From: a virus
DNA length: 64,000 bases
IMG/VR virus record: IMGVR_UViG_3300020183_000012
Coordinates: 82,720 to 146,719 of that record
Strand: one strand, 5' to 3'
Of this stretch, positions 15,807-25,296 are shown piece by piece. The notes beneath the pieces were generated by a model. That model had not been told where the DNA came from. It was given only the letters and a program-made list of their open reading frames with translations, and searched no databases. Numbering within the stretch: position 1 is the first letter of the stretch; each line of letters begins with the position of its first letter. A program made the position numbers and the translations under genes.

Positions 15807-16847
15807 ATGAACTGGTTGAAATTTGCAAGGGACGAGCGAGATAATTTTTCGGGAAAGAAACCCAGGGTGCTTTCGGGAAAGAAACCCAGGGTGCTTATGG
15901 TGTCTCTTCCGGACATGTGGGGCATTACGGACGAAGATCTGAAGCCTTTGCGTGAGATTGCCCAGGTGGATTGGGTTCAGACGAAGCACATTACGGAGCG
16001 TGAGCTTGGTAAGCGTTGCGAGGGCTACGACTATCTGATGTTGAACATGGATCCGATGCCTTTTCCGGACCCGAACAAGTTGGACAAGCTTACGGAGGTA
16101 TTTTATAAATTTCCGGGTGTTCGGGGTTTGAAGGGGATTAATGTTGACATGACTGACGCGGACTTCTTTAGTCCTGGTATTGCGAAGCGGCTTGGTATTG
16201 TGCTTCAGGATTCTCCTGACACTACGACAGAAAGTGTTGCTGAATCAGCACTTACGGAGATACTTTTGCATGCCAGGAACCGTCATCTTGCGTATGTTGA
16301 CGTGGTGAAGGATCGTGACGTGGAGTGCAGGAAGTCTCTTGACCTGAAGGGCAAGGTTGCAGGGGTGATAGGTAAGGGACACATAGGTTCACGCGTGGGT
16401 TCATTCCTTGAGGCTTTGGGGATGCGTGTTATGTACAACGATGTGGATCCGAAGCGTGGCGGCGGGGATTCTCTGGAGGACATATTCAGGGAGGCTTGCG
16501 TGGTGAGCATCCACGTACCGTGCCACCAGCCTCATACGAACAAGAGCAATGAGGGTCTTATAGGGGAGAAGCTTTTGGGTATGTGTAAGGACCTGATACT
16601 GGTGAATCTTGCAACGGACATTATTGTTGACATTGGGGCGTTGAAGGATGCTCTGGACGGGGGCAGGATTCGCGGTTACTCTGTGGAGAGTGGCAGGCAT
16701 GAGACCGAAAGTCTGCGTCGTTACGAGAACGTCCACATATCTCCGTGTTCATACGATTCAGATGAGTCGGTTGCGAACGTGAAGAGGGTGTGGATCCGCA
16801 ACATGATCTCTGCGGTACGGGGTTCTCCCGAGAACGTTTGGATTTAA
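15807..16847 (+). CDS. D-isomer-specific 2-hydroxyacid dehydrogenase family protein
   Basis: TTESVAE, L.GKVAGVIGKGHIG Rossmann motif, SIHVP, LVNLA; N-terminal MNWLKFA tag; 24-nt tandem duplication at 15847-15894. Confidence 0.85.
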   Translation: MNWLKFARDERDNFSGKKPRVLSGKKPRVLMVSLPDMWGITDEDLKPLREIAQVDWVQTKHITERELGKRCEGYDYLMLNMDPMPFPDPNKLDKLTEVFYKFPGVRGLKGINVDMTDADFFSPGIAKRLGIVLQDSPDTTTESVAESALTEILLHARNRHLAYVDVVKDRDVECRKSLDLKGKVAGVIGKGHIGSRVGSFLEALGMRVMYNDVDPKRGGGDSLEDIFREACVVSIHVPCHQPHTNKSNEGLIGEKLLGMCKDLILVNLATDIIVDIGALKDALDGGRIRGYSVESGRHETESLRRYENVHISPCSYDSDESVANVKRVWIRNMISAVRGSPENVWI

Positions 16848-16948
16848 TTTTCGGGCGTAGGGGATACCTTAGTGGGAGGTGGTATAGGTATAATATTATG
16901 AACTGGTTGAAAGAGGAACTTTACGAAGCGGTGGGGTAAAATGTAATC

Positions 16949-17887
16949 GTGAGAGACATCAATCGCAACATGGCGGCAAGAACGGTGGGCAACTGGTGGA
17001 AGCGTGCGGGCATCGTAGACAATCCATCCAAGGAGTTGAGCGATGTATTTGATCCGGGCTCCACCCGCATGAGCGATTATGTCGTTGAGATGATCAACAG
17101 GGGTCTTGCACAGATACAGGAATATCTTGATTCCACCCATCCCGGGGTCAAGATCACGCATCATGAAGTCATTGGAGCAGCAGTAACTTACCAATACACC
17201 CCCAAGAGCGACATAGACACCACCGTTTTCATCAACATGCCTAAAACAGATCGGAGGTTTTGGGTCATCAACGATTGGATTATAGAAAATCTTGACAAAA
17301 CTATGTATTTTAAGGAGAGGCCAATCCAGTTCAAGATCGCACCAGATTCGTTAGTGGGGACCCAGAGTGCCAATGCTGATGCCATTTACGACCCCACCGA
17401 AAGGCGCTTTGTGAAGAAGCCCTCTCTGATAGGTGCCTCAGGTAGTTATCGCAAATTAGTTGAGTTAGGAAGTTCTGAGGAACGCAAAGAGTACCGTCGC
17501 CTTGAGGAGGAGTTGCGAGGGATGGCAAGGTCCTGGGCAAAGGTGGGCAGACAGGCACTTGAATCAGGTAAGCCAAGCGAGTTAGGGAAGTGGCTTTGGC
17601 CCCAAGCTCGTGAGATAGCTTCAGCAATTAAGCGGATAAGAAGTTTGAGAGGCGAGGCCTACAGCCAGCCTGCAGCTCCTGGAAGAATAAGCCAAAACTG
17701 GGGTCGGGGTAACATACTATTCAAAATGATGGAGAGGGATGGATACATTGAGCTGTTTTCACTCATCAAAAAAACCTTGGGTGATCGGCAAGTTTTACAC
17801 CCTGAAAATCTTGCAGCATCTGTAGAAATGGCTGAAAAAATAATGAATCAGCGTGTTGGTTTCGATCCAACCACCGATCCAGCATAG
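16949..17887 (+). CDS. pol-beta superfamily nucleotidyltransferase-like protein
   Basis: IGAAVTYQYTPKSDIDTTV matches G[SA]...DxD; GNILFK motif. Confidence 0.7.
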   Translation: MRDINRNMAARTVGNWWKRAGIVDNPSKELSDVFDPGSTRMSDYVVEMINRGLAQIQEYLDSTHPGVKITHHEVIGAAVTYQYTPKSDIDTTVFINMPKTDRRFWVINDWIIENLDKTMYFKERPIQFKIAPDSLVGTQSANADAIYDPTERRFVKKPSLIGASGSYRKLVELGSSEERKEYRRLEEELRGMARSWAKVGRQALESGKPSELGKWLWPQAREIASAIKRIRSLRGEAYSQPAAPGRISQNWGRGNILFKMMERDGYIELFSLIKKTLGDRQVLHPENLAASVEMAEKIMNQRVGFDPTTDPA

Positions 17888-18045
17888 TCTTGACAGCAGG
17901 GTGTTTGGATTTAATTTTCGGGCGTAGGGGATACCTTAGTGGGAGGTTATGGCATTATTATTTTCGGGCGTGGGGGATACCTTAGTGGGAGTTTATGATA
18001 TTATTATTTATGTAAAGTCGATAGAAGCCTAAAGGAGCACGCACT

Positions 18046-18816
18046 ATGGAAAGTTATAAAATAGAACATTTCAGCGTAAGCAAGACCAACGACCACGTTG
18101 AGAACGACCCTACCGACTACGGGAGGCTGTGGAAGGAGCTAAACCGCCAGCAAGCGGAGAACGAGCTTAAGCACGGCAGTCTTTTCAATGGTCAGTGGTA
18201 CAAGCCATGGAGAATGGTGAGGATGATGAAGCTGTGCAAGCTTATGGGTGGCAAGGGGTGGTTTGGGGGCAAGAGGATTCTTGAGCTTGGTTGTGGTCAC
18301 GGTCATGTGAGCAAGATGCTGAAGGACTGGGGAGCGAACCCATTGGCAACGGACGGCAGGGAGTGGTGCGTGGAGGCAACGAACTACTACTGGCCAGACC
18401 TTGAGGTAAAGCTTGTGGACCAGACGAAGGACTACGATCTTGGGAAGTTTGACCTTGTGATACACTGGGGTATATCGCACCATCTTCCTCCTGATGCATG
18501 GGAGTACGATCTGATGTGTGCAGTGGGTCATGCCCCGGTAATGAGCTACGAGTGTGAGGTAGTGGACTCGAGTGATCCTAAGTGGGTGAAGATAAACTCG
18601 AATGACACGGGAGGCATGGACAAGAGCCTTACGGGTGTAGGTACGTTTTTGAGTGCTGCAGCCGTAGAGAGGTGCTTCGGTGATATAGGCTGTAGTTTCA
18701 AGCGATACGACGACAGGGATCTGGACTGCGGATCGTGTCACTATTCATGGAAAGAGATGGACTCTGGGGATTTCAATTACGGGCACATGCGTTTATGGAT
18801 GGTCCATGGGACGTAA
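18046..18816 (+). CDS. class I SAM-dependent methyltransferase
   Basis: KRILELGCGHG, FDLVIHWG. Confidence 0.85.
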   Translation: MESYKIEHFSVSKTNDHVENDPTDYGRLWKELNRQQAENELKHGSLFNGQWYKPWRMVRMMKLCKLMGGKGWFGGKRILELGCGHGHVSKMLKDWGANPLATDGREWCVEATNYYWPDLEVKLVDQTKDYDLGKFDLVIHWGISHHLPPDAWEYDLMCAVGHAPVMSYECEVVDSSDPKWVKINSNDTGGMDKSLTGVGTFLSAAAVERCFGDIGCSFKRYDDRDLDCGSCHYSWKEMDSGDFNYGHMRLWMVHGT

Positions 18817-19388
18817 GGTGTTTTGGTAATAAAATTTTGGGGCAAGGAGAAGCCTGGTATATTTTCCCTGTTCTGCCCGTAGGGCAGTTGTGGCGGATCC
18901 GTTCCCTCTAGTGATGAAAAGCCCCTTATGGGGATACCTTAGCGGCTGAGTGGGCATCCGATGGAGTCCGATGGCACAAACCCAATAGGTATTATTGAAG
19001 CCCGAAAAATATTTATACGGTAAGAGATACATCTCAGAAAGTGGTGTATTAGCGCATATGGGTAACATAGAGAATGGGTGTGGCGATAGAAGTTATAATA
19101 ATCAAGGGGGGATCCACCGAAACGGGTGGCTGAAAAGGCAATGGATGGGAGACACAAATGATTTAATGACAAAGCAGCTTATAAGTTATGGTATTGGAAT
19201 AGGATTAATTATATCTGGATTCTTTGGATCTTTCAGACGAATCAAGTAAAATTTATGGTTTAACTTGCCCCAAAAATATAAATTTATAAAATTCATGGGG
19301 GAGATCCCTAAAAGGGTCGGCTTAGGATATTGGGAATTAGCAATCAAAAAAAAGGTTATTATAATCTATAATATTAAATATTAGTATC

Positions 19389-19838
19389 ATGAATTGGTAT
19401 AAGAGCGCAGGAAAATGGACAAAAGGAGACGGAGACTGCTTTAAAGCGGCATTAAATCTTCTTTTAGTGAGGAATTTTCCTAAAGACAACGGAGATTTGC
19501 TGGTTCACGCATTGGTGCACGGTCGCGGAAGTGCATACGGGCATCGATTTCCTCATGCTTGGGTTGAGACAAAAGAGGGCATTGCAATGGACCACTCCAG
19601 TGGTAAGAGTATAGATATACCAAAAGAAATATATTACGCCCTTGGAAACATAAATCCAGACGAAAAGGGAAGCTACATGTCGTACACGCTTGCAGACGTA
19701 AGAAAGAAAATTACCGAGCACAAGCACTACGGACCATGGGATCTAGATACAGAACTGCAGAGAACTCCAGAAGACTGGAATGAACCAGAGGAAGAGACGG
19801 ATGATGATGAAGACTGGGATGACGATGAGGATGAATAA
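19389..19838 (+). CDS. hypothetical protein, possible transglutaminase/papain-like fold
   Basis: GDCF...HAWVE...D; MNWYKSA tag; acidic tail. Confidence 0.75.
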   Translation: MNWYKSAGKWTKGDGDCFKAALNLLLVRNFPKDNGDLLVHALVHGRGSAYGHRFPHAWVETKEGIAMDHSSGKSIDIPKEIYYALGNINPDEKGSYMSYTLADVRKKITEHKHYGPWDLDTELQRTPEDWNEPEEETDDDEDWDDDEDE

Positions 19839-20389
19839 TGAATTGGTATAAAAATGCATCTAATTACAGCGAAATGAAAGATTTTATGGAAGAATTTCAG
19901 TGGTACAGGGACCGTGGTGTCGCATCCGGACTCACGGACAAAGAAATAGAAAAAATATGGACAGAATCTCCAGTGGGATACACCGATCCAGTTGATCTAG
20001 ACAGAATAGGGAATACATATACTCCAGAAGTTACAGGAGAATCCGAAGAGGAAAGAATTAATAAATTTATAGAATGGGCAAAGAAAGAGAATAGAGAAGA
20101 CAGTGCGGAGAGCGAATGGGGAGAGAAAAGACTAAGAGATCCAGAAGGATATCTTCGCAATCTTTTAGTGGGTATAGGCAGAGGTGACTATCCTGCAGTA
20201 AACATCGTTGAAGCTGAGGGTCTGGGAAGCTTTATTGTTGGAGGTAGAACTCGCGCTGCGGCTGCCCGCGCACTAGACATGCCTCTGAGGACCAGAAAAA
20301 TAAAAATGCCCTGGAAGGAAAATGAGAGCACCAGAGAGGTAAAGGATTTATTTTATAAATTTGATGAACAGGAAAGTAAGGACGCTTAA
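19838..20389 (+). CDS. ParB/Srx-like domain protein
   Basis: P.V.IV...IVGGRTRAAAA; MNWYKNAS tag. Confidence 0.6.
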   Translation: MNWYKNASNYSEMKDFMEEFQWYRDRGVASGLTDKEIEKIWTESPVGYTDPVDLDRIGNTYTPEVTGESEEERINKFIEWAKKENREDSAESEWGEKRLRDPEGYLRNLLVGIGRGDYPAVNIVEAEGLGSFIVGGRTRAAAARALDMPLRTRKIKMPWKENESTREVKDLFYKFDEQESKDA

Positions 20390-20402
20390 GGGCAGAATCT
20401 CA

Positions 20403-21116
20403 TTAATTCTTTCGGAGTACCCAATAGGTCTGTTCAAAAACTTTTCCCCATCCTCTGAGGAGTGAGAATACTCCCAGTGGTATCTTGGTTCTCTCGACAA
20501 ACTCATTGACGCCTATCTCCACTCCCTGCCAGCTGTTGTAGTCGTCTCCGAATATAACGCCTCCTGGAGAGAGTAGATCCCAATAGAGATTCAGGTCACG
20601 GGTAAAGTCTTCGTAATCGTGACTTGCGTCTAGATAGATCATATTCGGATGTACTTTGAATGTCTTTAGGATGGTGGCTCCTGTCACTGATGTCTGTGGA
20701 AGTGGAATGACTCTTTCGGAATATCCCTTATGTACGCAGTTGCTCAGGAATTGCTGATAGATGGTGGGGTATCCGTGCACCAATTTCATATCCCTCTCCC
20801 TTAGCCATATTTTTGCATCATGTTCATTAAGAGATCTAGGAGGAAGATTCGTCCTCATCTCTTGGGATCCTAGCCAGGTGTCTACGCATATGATGTCTGT
20901 ATCTAGTCCTTCCTTGGTTGCAGCATCGAGCATTGTGAAGCAGGATTGTCCTTTCCAGGTTCCCACTTCTAGTATAAAGGGGGGTTTGTATTCCCTCACT
21001 AGATCTCCGAATATTCTTGCTGTACCGTTCCATCCGCTGTAATCAGGCTCCATCAATTGAAGTCCAGACCAGATGTCTCCTCTAAGTAGCTTTTCTTTTG
21101 TTTCTATATTAAGCAT
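20403..21116 (-). CDS. SAM-dependent methyltransferase (Methyltransf_24-like)
   Basis: LEVGTWKGQS, VDTW, YLDASHDY, GGVIFGDDY; likely start MLNIETK. Confidence 0.85.
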   Translation of the reverse strand: MLNIETKEKLLRGDIWSGLQLMEPDYSGWNGTARIFGDLVREYKPPFILEVGTWKGQSCFTMLDAATKEGLDTDIICVDTWLGSQEMRTNLPPRSLNEHDAKIWLRERDMKLVHGYPTIYQQFLSNCVHKGYSERVIPLPQTSVTGATILKTFKVHPNMIYLDASHDYEDFTRDLNLYWDLLSPGGVIFGDDYNSWQGVEIGVNEFVERTKIPLGVFSLLRGWGKVFEQTYWVLRKN

Positions 21117-22592
21117 AACTTGTATATCGACACATGACTGAATAACAAATGAAGGCACGAAACAAAAAGATCAATCCCTATGGTGGTAGATGCGTGCACG
21201 GATACGTGAAAGACTGGAGAAAAGGAATAAAATTAGAATTTCTTAAAAAGGGGGATACCTTAGCGGGAGTGTAAGAATATTATATTAATATTACATTTTA
21301 AGGAGACCACATGGCAGTACTGCGCTACTACAAACCCAACATCCACGATGTGTACCGCTACCCAACACAAGCCACACCAACAAGCGGGGGTATCGCACCC
21401 AATGGTTACAACTCAGAGTGTCAGTCATATGACCACATTGACTGGTCGGGCACCAGCGCCCTCCATCGAAACTTCTGCAACAACATTCCAAACAATAGTT
21501 TCAACAATATTTTCTTCACGATTCCATATGATCGAAACAGCGTGAACTTTTGGAATCAATGCACCTATGGCGCGGTGCTGATCTCGCCACGGCATGCGCT
21601 TATCTGCCAACACTTCCGTGGTGCTAGACCCGACCCGAATGACAACACAGGTGGTATTCGGTTCCTAGGAAAGAGCGGTGCTTTCTATGAAAACAAGGTC
21701 ACTCGCGTCTATCTCAACATCGGCCCTGATACGACTATGCTTGAGTTTGATAAGGAACTTCCCGATTCCGATGTCAAAATCTATAACAGGATCGCTGATC
21801 CGCTTTACATTCCCACAGGCACTTCGCTGTGGACGAAGGATAGCAACGGCAAAATCTACAAGACACTCTTTAAGAGCGCATACTTGGATACAACTACCAA
21901 CGATACGAGAGGGTACAACTTCAACGCATGCTTGGATGGCATCAACGATGGGGCGTTCAGGAACGGAGCACTCGCTATCTTTGCTGGCGACTCGGGTTCA
22001 CCTGTGATGGTGCGAGACGCATACGGAGACACAGTCTTTGTTGGATTGGAGTACGGTGGTCAATCGGTCAGCAAGGCTACCTTCGCAAACCTTGTTGCAG
22101 CACTCACTCCCTTTGGATATAAGGTGCAGCATGTCAAGTTGTCTGCCAAGATGGAAGACATCAATCAGGACGGTGTGGTTGATCAGGAAGACCTAAATCG
22201 AATCCTCGCCAGATGGGGTCAAACGAAACCTGTCTTTGAGGACATGGATGGAGACGGCAAGGTGGACGGGATCGACCTGTCACGGGTACTAGCGGCATGG
22301 GGGTCGTACACCATGCCAACATTCCCGCAAGCCGTGGTCAACCCAGGAACGGTCATTACGAATCCCCCAACTGGCAAGCCACGGGCATAAATTGCTTACC
22401 TAATTATTAGTAAACAAGAGGGCACTTCATAGCAAGCAGCAAAGGTGGTTTTCTCAATACAAGCAAGAGAGCGCAGAAGCATGCCGCTTTCGTAAAGGCT
22501 CTGAACCGCAAGCGCAACCAAGATGGAACCTCCAAGAAGAAAGGGGGCGGTCTTTTCTTTTGTTTCTATATTAAGCATAGCTTGTATATCGA
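21090..22592. repeat. 41-bp direct repeat (21090-21130 and 22552-22592)
   Basis: CTTTTCTTTTGTTTCTATATTAAGCATA(A/G)CTTGTATATCGA, one mismatch. Confidence 0.85.
21311..22390 (+). CDS. trypsin-like serine protease with two C-terminal dockerin/EF-hand-like repeats
   Basis: LISPRHALICQH, PDTTML, GDSGSP; DINQDGVVDQEDL..IL..WG and DMDGDGKVDGIDL..VL..WG. Confidence 0.8.
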   Translation: MAVLRYYKPNIHDVYRYPTQATPTSGGIAPNGYNSECQSYDHIDWSGTSALHRNFCNNIPNNSFNNIFFTIPYDRNSVNFWNQCTYGAVLISPRHALICQHFRGARPDPNDNTGGIRFLGKSGAFYENKVTRVYLNIGPDTTMLEFDKELPDSDVKIYNRIADPLYIPTGTSLWTKDSNGKIYKTLFKSAYLDTTTNDTRGYNFNACLDGINDGAFRNGALAIFAGDSGSPVMVRDAYGDTVFVGLEYGGQSVSKATFANLVAALTPFGYKVQHVKLSAKMEDINQDGVVDQEDLNRILARWGQTKPVFEDMDGDGKVDGIDLSRVLAAWGSYTMPTFPQAVVNPGTVITNPPTGKPRA

Positions 22593-22682
22593 TAGAGGAT
22601 AAAGCATCGATTAAATAATATAGCATAAAACATAGGATCTAATATGATTATGTTCTAATATAGAATAGAAAAAGGAGATTTC

Positions 22683-22847
22683 ATGCAATATAAATTATCA
22701 AAAGATCAGTGGTTGGAAATAGGGGAAAAAGCTGGATGGATAAAAGAAGCAAAAAAGAATAAAGGGCAGTGTTGGGAGGGGTACAAAATGGTTGGAATGA
22801 AAAATAAAAATGGTAAAAAAGTGCCAAACTGCGTGCCTAAAAATTAA
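22683..22847 (+). CDS. small protein, 54 aa (not in ORF track)
   Basis: AAGGAG RBS; MQYKLSKDQWLEIGEKAGWIKEAKKNKGQCWEGYKMVGMKNKNGKKVPNCVPKN. Confidence 0.75.
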   Translation: MQYKLSKDQWLEIGEKAGWIKEAKKNKGQCWEGYKMVGMKNKNGKKVPNCVPKN

Positions 22848-22873
22848 TCATATAATTTGTATCATGGTACTTT

Positions 22874-23785
22874 ATGAAAATAAAAAAAGAAAAGTTGAGA
22901 CAAGATAAAGTACTTTGGGCTCTACCTACATATCCAGCTAAATATAAATATATACCAAAAATAATAGAAGCAGTTGAAAAAGAGCCAACTGTTGATATTG
23001 TATTTGTTATAACAAGGCAATCAGAAAAGAAAGAGCTTAAAAAAATAACAAACGGCAAATACAAGATATTAATAGTTGGTGATGATGTAGGAGAAGAAAG
23101 ATTAAAACATATAGAAAAAGTAAATGCAATACGTAGTTATAAGCAATACTGGGCTTTAGATAAACTTAGAAAAAGTGGATATCGTTGGGTTGTAATGACT
23201 GAAGCAGAAGTAGAGCCAGTAGACCTTTCTCTCATGCTAGATGCTTGCATAGCGCTTGATAGAAATAAGGTCTTGGCCGGTTTTTCTGTTCACCTTACTG
23301 ATATATTCAGAAATATAAGTCATGCTTCATTCAACATAATATCAAATGGAGAAAGGGAAAAATTTGTACTTAAAAATAAATCTTCTTTAGAGAAGATGAG
23401 ACTAAATAACATTATGATGAATGTAAATATATGGTTTAGTGAAATGCTAATATATGACATGTCGGTCGTTCCTTCCTTTCTAAAGGCTTCTAATTGGAGT
23501 GACTGGAACTATATCAAAGATACACTTACTTGGTACACATTTTGTTATGTCTCGTATTATTATTATCTTATGATTAATAATGGATATCGAATATGGGAAT
23601 TTAAACCAAGACCAATAGGAGACGACAAAATGCCTGGAGGCCTAGAACACATAAACAGAGAAAACTGGGAAGCATTAAATAAAAAAATAAAGATATACTG
23701 GACTCCATGGTGGGTTTATAGAAAAGAAGATAGGGTATGCTTAAAATTTCATCTTGACTGCAATCCGTGGTTTATTAAAAAATGA
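22874..23785 (+). CDS. hypothetical protein, possibly glycosyltransferase-like
   Basis: long ORF within glyco-gene neighbourhood; no firm motif. Confidence 0.6.
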   Translation: MKIKKEKLRQDKVLWALPTYPAKYKYIPKIIEAVEKEPTVDIVFVITRQSEKKELKKITNGKYKILIVGDDVGEERLKHIEKVNAIRSYKQYWALDKLRKSGYRWVVMTEAEVEPVDLSLMLDACIALDRNKVLAGFSVHLTDIFRNISHASFNIISNGEREKFVLKNKSSLEKMRLNNIMMNVNIWFSEMLIYDMSVVPSFLKASNWSDWNYIKDTLTWYTFCYVSYYYYLMINNGYRIWEFKPRPIGDDKMPGGLEHINRENWEALNKKIKIYWTPWWVYRKEDRVCLKFHLDCNPWFIKK

Positions 23786-23847
23786 TCTTTTAATTGAAGG
23801 ATGATTCACTATAAAATAATTGAAAATAAAAATTCAGGAGTACACAA

Positions 23848-24108
23848 ATGGGATTAAAAGAACAATTGGGGTTTGAAAAAAATGGAGATACATGGATTTT
23901 GTCAAATTCTGGAATAGACAAAGCAAAAACTGCGTCCATAAAAAGAATAGAGCATTTTATATCAGAGGCAAACATTGCTTTTAATGAAGAAAATGGTCAA
24001 AATTTAATCTTTAATCGTACTTGGGGTTCAAAAATTATTGAAAGTGCTTTTGATTTTGGTTTTATAAATCAAAATGAAAAAAATGACTATAAAAACAGAC
24101 TAGGATAA
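23848..24108 (+). CDS. hypothetical protein
   Basis: CAGGAG RBS. Confidence 0.7.
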   Translation: MGLKEQLGFEKNGDTWILSNSGIDKAKTASIKRIEHFISEANIAFNEENGQNLIFNRTWGSKIIESAFDFGFINQNEKNDYKNRLG

Positions 24109-24139
24109 AAAATATATTATATATATAAGGAAAAATAGT

Positions 24140-24538
24140 ATGAAATTTAATCTAAAAAAATTTAATCTCAATAAAAATAGGCAAAAAATAAGTCATCATC
24201 TCAAGCAGGCATCAAGCTGGTCTGGAAAATTCAATTACGAATTTGATGATTTAGAAATAAAAAACCCACCATGTAAATGTAGTGGAGAGGCTGAAATTTC
24301 GTATCAAGCTAGTTATGACAGTGGAACATGGTATGATCCGCCAGAATCAGATATAAAAATAAAAGTAAATATAACAGCGGTTAAATGCATTGAGGAATCA
24401 GGAAGAGAAGAGCCCATGGATCCTTATATTATGGATAATATAAAAGAACAGCTTGAAAAAGATGAAAATATTAAGGAGATGGCCTTTAATCAAAAAGGCA
24501 TGGACGAAGACGAACCCGATTACGATATAGAATATTAA
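24140..24538 (+). CDS. hypothetical protein
   Basis: AAGGA RBS; MKFNLKK...LKQAS tag. Confidence 0.75.
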   Translation: MKFNLKKFNLNKNRQKISHHLKQASSWSGKFNYEFDDLEIKNPPCKCSGEAEISYQASYDSGTWYDPPESDIKIKVNITAVKCIEESGREEPMDPYIMDNIKEQLEKDENIKEMAFNQKGMDEDEPDYDIEY

Positions 24539-24546
24539 ATCACGCT

Positions 24547-25296
24547 ATGAAAAAAACCAAATATAAAACAATATTTGTAAGCGATTGGCATCTTGGAAGC
24601 GATGGCTCTAAGAGCAAAGACATTGCTAATTGGCTTGATAGTGTTGAAGCAGAAAAAATTTATCTAGTAGGTGACATAATAGACTGGTGGAGATTGAAAA
24701 AAAGATGGAAGTGGTCTGAAAATGATGCAAGACCAGTTGTAAAAATATTAAAAGCAGCAAGAAAAGGCACCAAGGTAATTTGGGTTGCAGGAAATCATGA
24801 CGAATTCATGAGAGAGGTTAGCAAATTTGCAGACACGATAGCAGGCATAGAGCTTGTCCCATTAGAAACTATTCATGAATGTGCAAACGGGAAAAAAATG
24901 ATGATTACTCATGGAGACATGATAGATGCGTCTGTGAGACTTACTCCATGGCTTGCAATAATTGGGAGTCACGCATATGACAATTTAGTGGTAATATCAA
25001 GGATGATTGACAGAATTAGAAAAATAATTGGTCTCAAGCCCTGGTCTGCAAGTAAATTTGTAAAAAGTAAAGTTAAAAAAGCGGTTGACTGGGTGACTGG
25101 CTGGGAAAATTCAATAACTATGATAGCAAAAAGAAGAGGGTACGATGGCGTAATATGTGGACATATTCACAACCCAGAAATAAGAATAATTGATGGAGTT
25201 CAGTATGTAAATTGTGGAGACTGGATAGAGCATGCTACATGGGCAGCAGAAGAAGAAAATGGAGATATAAAAATATTTTACTGGAATAAAGAATGA
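24547..25296 (+). CDS. LpxH/PlcP-like metallophosphoesterase
   Basis: SDWHLG, GDIIDWWRL, GNHDE, HGD, CGHIH, NCGDWIE. Confidence 0.9.
   Translation: MKKTKYKTIFVSDWHLGSDGSKSKDIANWLDSVEAEKIYLVGDIIDWWRLKKRWKWSENDARPVVKILKAARKGTKVIWVAGNHDEFMREVSKFADTIAGIELVPLETIHECANGKKMMITHGDMIDASVRLTPWLAIIGSHAYDNLVVISRMIDRIRKIIGLKPWSASKFVKSKVKKAVDWVTGWENSITMIAKRRGYDGVICGHIHNPEIRIIDGVQYVNCGDWIEHATWAAEEENGDIKIFYWNKE

Larger units (their letters stand above)
15723..21268 (+). repeat. seven direct copies of GGGATACCTTAG(T/C)GG(GA)
   Basis: at ~15724, 15770, 16861, 17928, 17974, 18931, 21252; all intergenic, same orientation. Confidence 0.85.

Noticed and set aside
22396-22626. Functional gene on the minus strand
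   Set aside because: Begins with a duplicated methyltransferase start and then has no recognisable sequence; treated as a remnant.
15650-22700. Cellular genome or host-prophage boundary explaining the GC shift
   Set aside because: Both sides are phage-like, no integrase or att site is seen, and sigma-28 boxes and the tRNA/CCA link span both; a chimeric assembly still needs a read check.
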